A stretch of DNA of 40,383 nucleotides from Perkinsus chesapeaki ATCC PRA-425 (Eukaryota; Protista; Perkinsozoa), in assembly GCA_013115145.1 (NCBI GenBank), contig JAAPAO010000313.1, forward strand, positions 1 to 40,383, written 5' to 3'. Both the position numbers and the translations under genes were made by a program. The number at the start of each line of letters is the position of its first letter. Position 1 is the first letter of the stretch. This document shows positions 34,950 through 40,383 of this stretch, piece after piece. The notes beneath the pieces were generated by a model, which was not told where the DNA came from, made no database searches, and saw nothing but the letters and a program-made list of their open reading frames with translations.

Positions 34950-37900
34950 GCGAGCTCATCTCCGGTATCGTTCCTGGAGCTGTCGGAGACCGCAGCCAGT
35001 CCGAGTTCGTTTTTTCAATTGTCGGCCAAATCTTCGAGCGAGAGGAGCCTTGATGAGACGCGAAAGAAGACTGATGAGATGGTCGAGAAGGTGAGTTCCG
35101 AAGGTCTGTAGGAGGAGGAGGCCAATGCGGGTAGACAGTAGTATAATATATTATCACGGTATTACTAGTGCTATCAACTTTCTGAATATCTATAGTCACT
35201 TCACTGATGAAATAGTTTTCAAGTAAGTTATTGTATGTATAGCTGACATTAAGGAGCACTTAATGCATGTTGGCCTCGGTGATGCAAAGTCGCCATGCTC
35301 CGTTATCTTCCCTAAATCCTGCTAAATCTGTTTGTGATTCACTGGGACCGTGTTGAGGCGATGCGTGCACACTATTGATTGGAGTAATTAGTCGACGAAC
35401 GGTGGATCGGTTATTTTACCGAGCGCGAAAGTGGTATTATTTTTCCCAGTAAGGAGTTGTCGTTTTTGTCAGCTGAACGCCAAGATGGCCGAACTCAACA
35501 AGGAATTCGCCGACACTGAAACGGAAGAGAAAAACGACTTTAATAAGCTGGAGAAAGCCAAGGAGGATTCTGACAAGTAGCATAATTTCGTGGCGCGTGA
35601 AAGTTTATGTACTGTCCAGGAAAATGGAGGAATCTGAGCACAACTTTGAGATGCAGGAAGAGAAAATTATGGATGATCCTAGTGGGGCGCGCGGTCATCT
35701 GATGGCCTCGGAATTTCGCCATTTTCAGTGCCCTCGGCGTCCGGTCCTTCTGGCACGTCCAGCTTCATGCAGTCCTCGGACGGCCCGGCTTTCTTGGAAC
35801 CGCTGAGGAAGATCGCAAAAGAGGCGAGATCGTTCTCCATGAGCATGAGGCAGGAGGCGCAGCAAATGGAAGAGTTTGCTAGGAAAAAGTGTAAGAATCG
35901 AATGGCTACTTTCGCGGGGGCAGGAATGTCTTCATTTTCTTGATGGGAATTTTCGCTAAATTTTTTGTGCATTTCTGTATCCGGAGGGACAATAATTAAT
36001 GGTGGACGAATTCGGACAGTGCGGCAGATTTTTATTACGGCACTTTGATTTCATGACGACTCGTTTTCATATCGGACGGCTCCGTTAACTCCGCAAGTAG
36101 GAATCCGACTTGCGAAGTTAATAGATCTGTCCGATAATAATGATAATAATGGTGTAATAATAGATCCTACTGCAGTATACGGTGCAGTCGATTCTGAATA
36201 AGAATTGTTGGCCGCGGTCTCGAGTTGGGACTTTACCGCTCATTCGGAGGGTTTTGGGAGTCCTTTGACTTTCAGCCAAGAATTTGAAGCACCCGCACCG
36301 ATTGGATTCGGCCTTCGCTCCACTCTCGCTGCTGCAAGTTGGGGACACGGCCGACTATTCGACGGCGATGAAGGCGGAGAGCGACGATGATGCTAAAGTC
36401 CAGGAGAGCTTGGCGAAGGCGCAGAAGGCAGTAGGAAGGCAGTGGTGGTGCAGCAGGAGTTCATACCGCATTTTCATTTCAGTTGGCAAGTTTGAAGGAC
36501 GACGTTCAAGCCCAATCTGCGGAGTTGAGCAAACAACAAAAGGAGGATGCCGCTGAGGAGGCGGCGGCGGAGAAAAATCAGCCAGCGCCGCCGATCGGTG
36601 CTCCGGGAAGTTTCGTCCAGACCGGATCTGGCAAGCATGTGGATGTTTCAGGATGGGTTAACAGGTAAGAAATTCGTGGCGCGCGGGAATAGGGATTGGG
36701 TACTGCAGATTCCGCGAACGGTTGAACAATATTCACGGTGGTTCGGCGGAGCGAAGCGATGATTCTTTGACGGATTTCGGCTCCTCCTCTTCGGATCTCG
36801 ATGACGGTATGTCCCTCCTCGAAACTAAGGCGAAGAGCAAAAAGTCCTTTGATGATTTTGAGGAAGATGGCGGTAACGTCGGCTTTGGCGAGGGCAGCGG
36901 TCTGGCCTTGACCGAGGGAGACATTTTCAAGGATCCCGAGGTCAAGGATGAGACTCCGAGGTTCGTGGATCCTGCGGATGCACCAATCGATACGGACAAG
37001 AGCATTATTGCTGAGCCGGGTGATGACGTGCCGACTCCGGAAGTCGAGCCTGAGTCGTCTTTCTTGGAAGCGAAGGCGAAGGGACCGATTGGCTTGGTGG
37101 GTTGACCTGTTTTGTATCATGCAGGCTTTGAGGTAAGATATGTCTTTTGCTTTTCTCAGGACAGCGATGAGATGAATTCTCGTGAGCGTGAAGTTGCCCG
37201 ACTTGATGATGCCTTCACCGCACAGTTTGCCAAACTTAAAGCGAAGAATCTCGAAATGCAAGCGGAGGCCAAAGCCGAGGTGGGCAGCGAATCGATCGTT
37301 TACAGATTTACAATTGGGCCCCGTGGTATTGGACGGTGACTATTCACCTAGCGGCGTCTGGTCAATCGTCGCGCGCCACGAAATTAAGTACGTTCTTGCT
37401 CAGCTCGATAAGGCTCTGGATGACCAAGCGAAGTTTGAAGCGGAAAATCCGAACATTGGCAACGATATTACATCGTTAATGCAGCTGAATGACCGCGCGC
37501 CATTTAATTTGGAGAAGCACGCGGATGAGATCAGAGAGCTGGAGAGCAAGTGGGAGAGGGAAGCGAAGAAAATCGAGGTGAGTTTGGCAAGTACTTTTCG
37601 ATAGAAGTATTATTTCAGGCGACTCCGGACACTTCCGAGGTAGATTCTGAGTGGCAGAATAAGATTGAGAATTTGAAGGAACAGAAGCAAGAGAAGGACG
37701 CGAAGTTGCAGAAAATTGAGCAGAGAATGTCAGCTAGTGTTGCCGCGTTGAAGCAGGTAAGGATAGCATCTGTACAGCTGCTGTGAGTGAGCTGTTATTT
37801 GCATCAGGACTCGCATCAAATCGGTGATATTGTGAAGCAGCGCAGCCTGCACCGCGACGACGACGGTGCATCCTTTTTTGAGATGAGCGGCAAGCATAGC

Positions 37901-38321
37901 AGCAAAGTGGCCCAGAGCCTTCATCAGTAAGAAAAATTGAGGAAAAGTTGGTATGAGATGCACTGCTGCGGACAGGTTGAGCAATATGATAGACGAGAAC
38001 TTGGCCAAGACGAGGGCAGAGGAGTTGACACTTCGAGATGAGGAGAAAGGCTTGGATCAGAACGCTATGGGGGGAGTCGAGTTGGCCAGCCCAGTCGGCG
38101 ATGGAAGCATCTCGTCATTCATGGAAGAGAAGAAGGCGAGGCAGGATGCTATTTTCGGCGATAGGGTAAGGATGCATTATCGATCACTTGATCGATTTCG
38201 TGTTCAGAATCTTTCCCCTACTCTGAGATCTGCTCTTGCCAAGGCGGACGCTACTCTGGCGGCTCTCCAGGAGCAGATCAGACACTCCAAGTTTACTCCG
38301 TTGAAGCCGGCAGATATCTGA
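34950..38321 (+). CDS. Multi-exon acidic coiled-coil protein with ten S-hydrophobic-hydrophobic-[E/Q] motifs; 5' end unresolved
   Basis: In-frame exon chain from ASSSPVSFLELSE... to ...KFTPLKPADI*; helical E/K/A-rich blocks separated by motif-containing linkers. Confidence 0.7.
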
Positions 38322-38527
38322 TAGATGAGCAACACCATGGAATCATGCTGCTGCTGCTATCAGTTGGATGTGGTCATATGTGGAGATCTCGAACGGTGTG
38401 GCGTTGGTTAATTATGAGGCGCGCGGTAAAATAGATGATATGAGCTTTATTCCAGGGATACTTTCAATCAGTCGAAGGCATTTTCAGTTCGGTTGGAACT
38501 TTCAATTTTTTTATCTTTTCTTCTGCG

Positions 38528-38597
38528 GGGAAAATTTCCCTTTTTCCAGAAATTTTCCTTTTTTTCAGAGATTTTCCTTTTTTTCGGAAATTTTCCT
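38528..38597. repeat. Low-complexity GAAATTTTCCTTTTTTT repeat (~20-nt units)
   Basis: About four degenerate units; the reverse complement resembles the 30-bp unit at 20008. Confidence 0.65.
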
Positions 38598-38747
38598 CCT
38601 CTCTCTGTCCCACACGGGAGGCAGTCTACGGCTGGTGAATATAGGTGCGCTCTTGAGGAAGTTGTATTTCTGGGGGTTAAAGGAGTAGTCGGGTGCAGGT
38701 GGTGTCGACGGTTATGTTATGATCAGCTATTACCACTTACAAATAAT

Positions 38748-40383
38748 ATGCACTTCGTTCTGATCACTTCATCCCTCACAGCCGTCTTCACCGCTGGAGC
38801 CAGACATCGCAGTAAAGCTGAGATTGACTGGGATAAGAGCCAGAAGGACACTGATGAGCTGGTTGCAAAGGTGAGTGTTGTCTTAATTAGAGGAATAAAT
38901 ACTGTTTTGGACCGTGGGGGATGTGGTCCGTAGATTCTGAAGGGGATCTGCAGAATCGTAGTTGATTAGTCTAGTCAGCAAACAAACCTTCTAGAGTTGC
39001 TCGATAGAGAGAAGTCGATGGTGCATATTTGGTGGCGCAGTGACTTTGTCTTTGTAGGTCAACGCGGAAATGAAGGTACTTGGGAACGACCTGGACAGGA
39101 CTGCCAAGCAAGACAGGAAGGATTTGGCCCTTTTGGAACAGAGCAGGCGTTCTGAGGATATGTAACAAACGCAGGTTCGATCCCCGGCGCCGATTTTTTT
39201 TTCATTTTAGGACCCTCGAAGAGACCGAGGAAAGTCTGAGGAGGCTGGCAAAGCAGGAGAGCAAAGACGACGCCAGTGAGCCGAAGATTATCCGTTCCTT
39301 CAGCTGTCATTGCGGCGTTCTTGTCAGTTCCGTTTTCGAGCTTTTTTCAATCGCATAACAATAACGATACTGCCATTCCCGTCAGTGGCCCGCCAGCCTC
39401 CTCCACGACAGGAGGCTCACTTCTCGAGTCTGGCATTAATAAGGCGAAGGAATGGGCATCATCTATGGTGGACAGCGTGAAGGCGGCAGGTCGGTCGAGC
39501 TGCTGCTGCTGCTCATGAACAGTTGACTCGGTTGAGTTGCGATTCCCTAGTTTCACCGCTACGTCTATTGCGCCCCTCGGAAATATAGCGTAGCTGAGAG
39601 TAGGGTGTAGGAGAGTGGTCCACCACATAGTGGTAGACTGGCAATAGCGTGTTGCTGTGGGCCCTCGTTGTTGAGGTGATCCGGACAAGTGCGATGTTGT
39701 CGAAAATGGAGAAATATGTGTATAGTTCTGTGTAACCTTTTTCACTTCGAGAATCTTCGTGAGGATAATTTTATCGTTCTCAGGTGCCAGTTTTTTACAA
39801 ATACACAATGACGACAGCATCGAAGCCAACAGCGAAAAGGCGCAGCAGAGCATCAACGTCGCTCAGGAAGCGGTAGAATTACCAAAGCCCGTCGGCCTTG
39901 GTTATGCCGGTTTTCAGCTTAGCAAGTTGAACGTGGATTTGGCAAACCAACAGAGAGTTCTAGAGTCTGAGCAGAAGGAATTCGCGAAGAGCTCCGAAAC
40001 CAGGCCGACGCTCAGTTTCGAGGGTCACGAGGCGGCAGGCGTCGCTCCGCTGGATTTCGGCGACTCTGTCGGAGCGTCGTTTTTACAGACTGGCGAGGCC
40101 AAGGGGCCGATCACTCCCGATATGCTGCAGGAGTGGTATGCTAAGTAAGCAGCATAATAATTTCGTGGCGCAGTGACAATACATCGAGTAGGTTTGAAGA
40201 TTCGTTGAGCAAAGTCAGAGCTGACGCTGGTCTTCCGGATATTCCGAGGAGTTCATTTCTCCAGAAGGGGATCAACTTCGCTAGCATGGCTGTAGAATGA
40301 CCGGCGGCGGCGGGGATTCGGAGAGGCAATTGTTGGTTAGGCGAACGAGAAGGTGAAGAAGGACCAGCGAGATGTGGAGCATT
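38748..40383 (+). CDS. Secreted coiled-coil paralog of the 34950-38321 gene; runs off window end; start uncertain
   Basis: MHFVLITSSLTAVFTAGA (signal-like); KDTDELVAK|VNAEM aligns with KKTDEMVEK|LNAKM; AQEA|LSKL aligns with AQKA|LASL; SLLE, SFLQ, SFLQ motifs; one GC-AG intron 39147-39210. Confidence 0.65.
39147..39210 (+). other. 64-nt GC-AG intron containing a tRNA T-arm-like fragment followed by T9
   Basis: ...GCAGGTTCGATCCCCGGCGCCGATTTTTTTTTCATTTTAG; removal joins EQSR|TLEE in frame. Confidence 0.65.

Noticed and set aside
36578-37261. 227-aa minus-strand ORF
   Set aside because: Antisense shadow of the coiled-coil gene's exons.

Overview
Intron-rich eukaryotic genomic DNA. The short GT/GC-AG introns, same-strand gene runs and protein style suggest a Perkinsus-like alveolate; this is an inference. 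Recognisable content: tRNA-Pro(CGG); a multi-exon HBS1-like translational GTPase; an intronless secreted berberine-bridge-enzyme-like FAD oxidase with a Thr-rich stalk and two Cys modules; a degenerate Rab-like GTPase; a multi-exon NADPH-cytochrome P450 reductase with a Ty3/Gypsy gag-protease relic in one intron; a young 1,571-bp Tc1 (DD34E) transposon with 211-bp IR/DR-type TIRs and one frameshift; and a cluster of three probably secretory genes carrying 15 S-hydrophobic-hydrophobic-[E/Q] motifs. The most unusual signals: (1) five short introns in four unrelated genes each carry a tRNA T-arm/B-box fragment (GGTTCGAWCCYYGG); (2) coiled-coil proteins punctuated by repeated candidate maturase sites; (3) a 14-nt motif AATTTCGTGGCGCG recurring in their introns. 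Exon boundaries were read by eye and many are approximate. A 97-N gap lies at 19911-20007.
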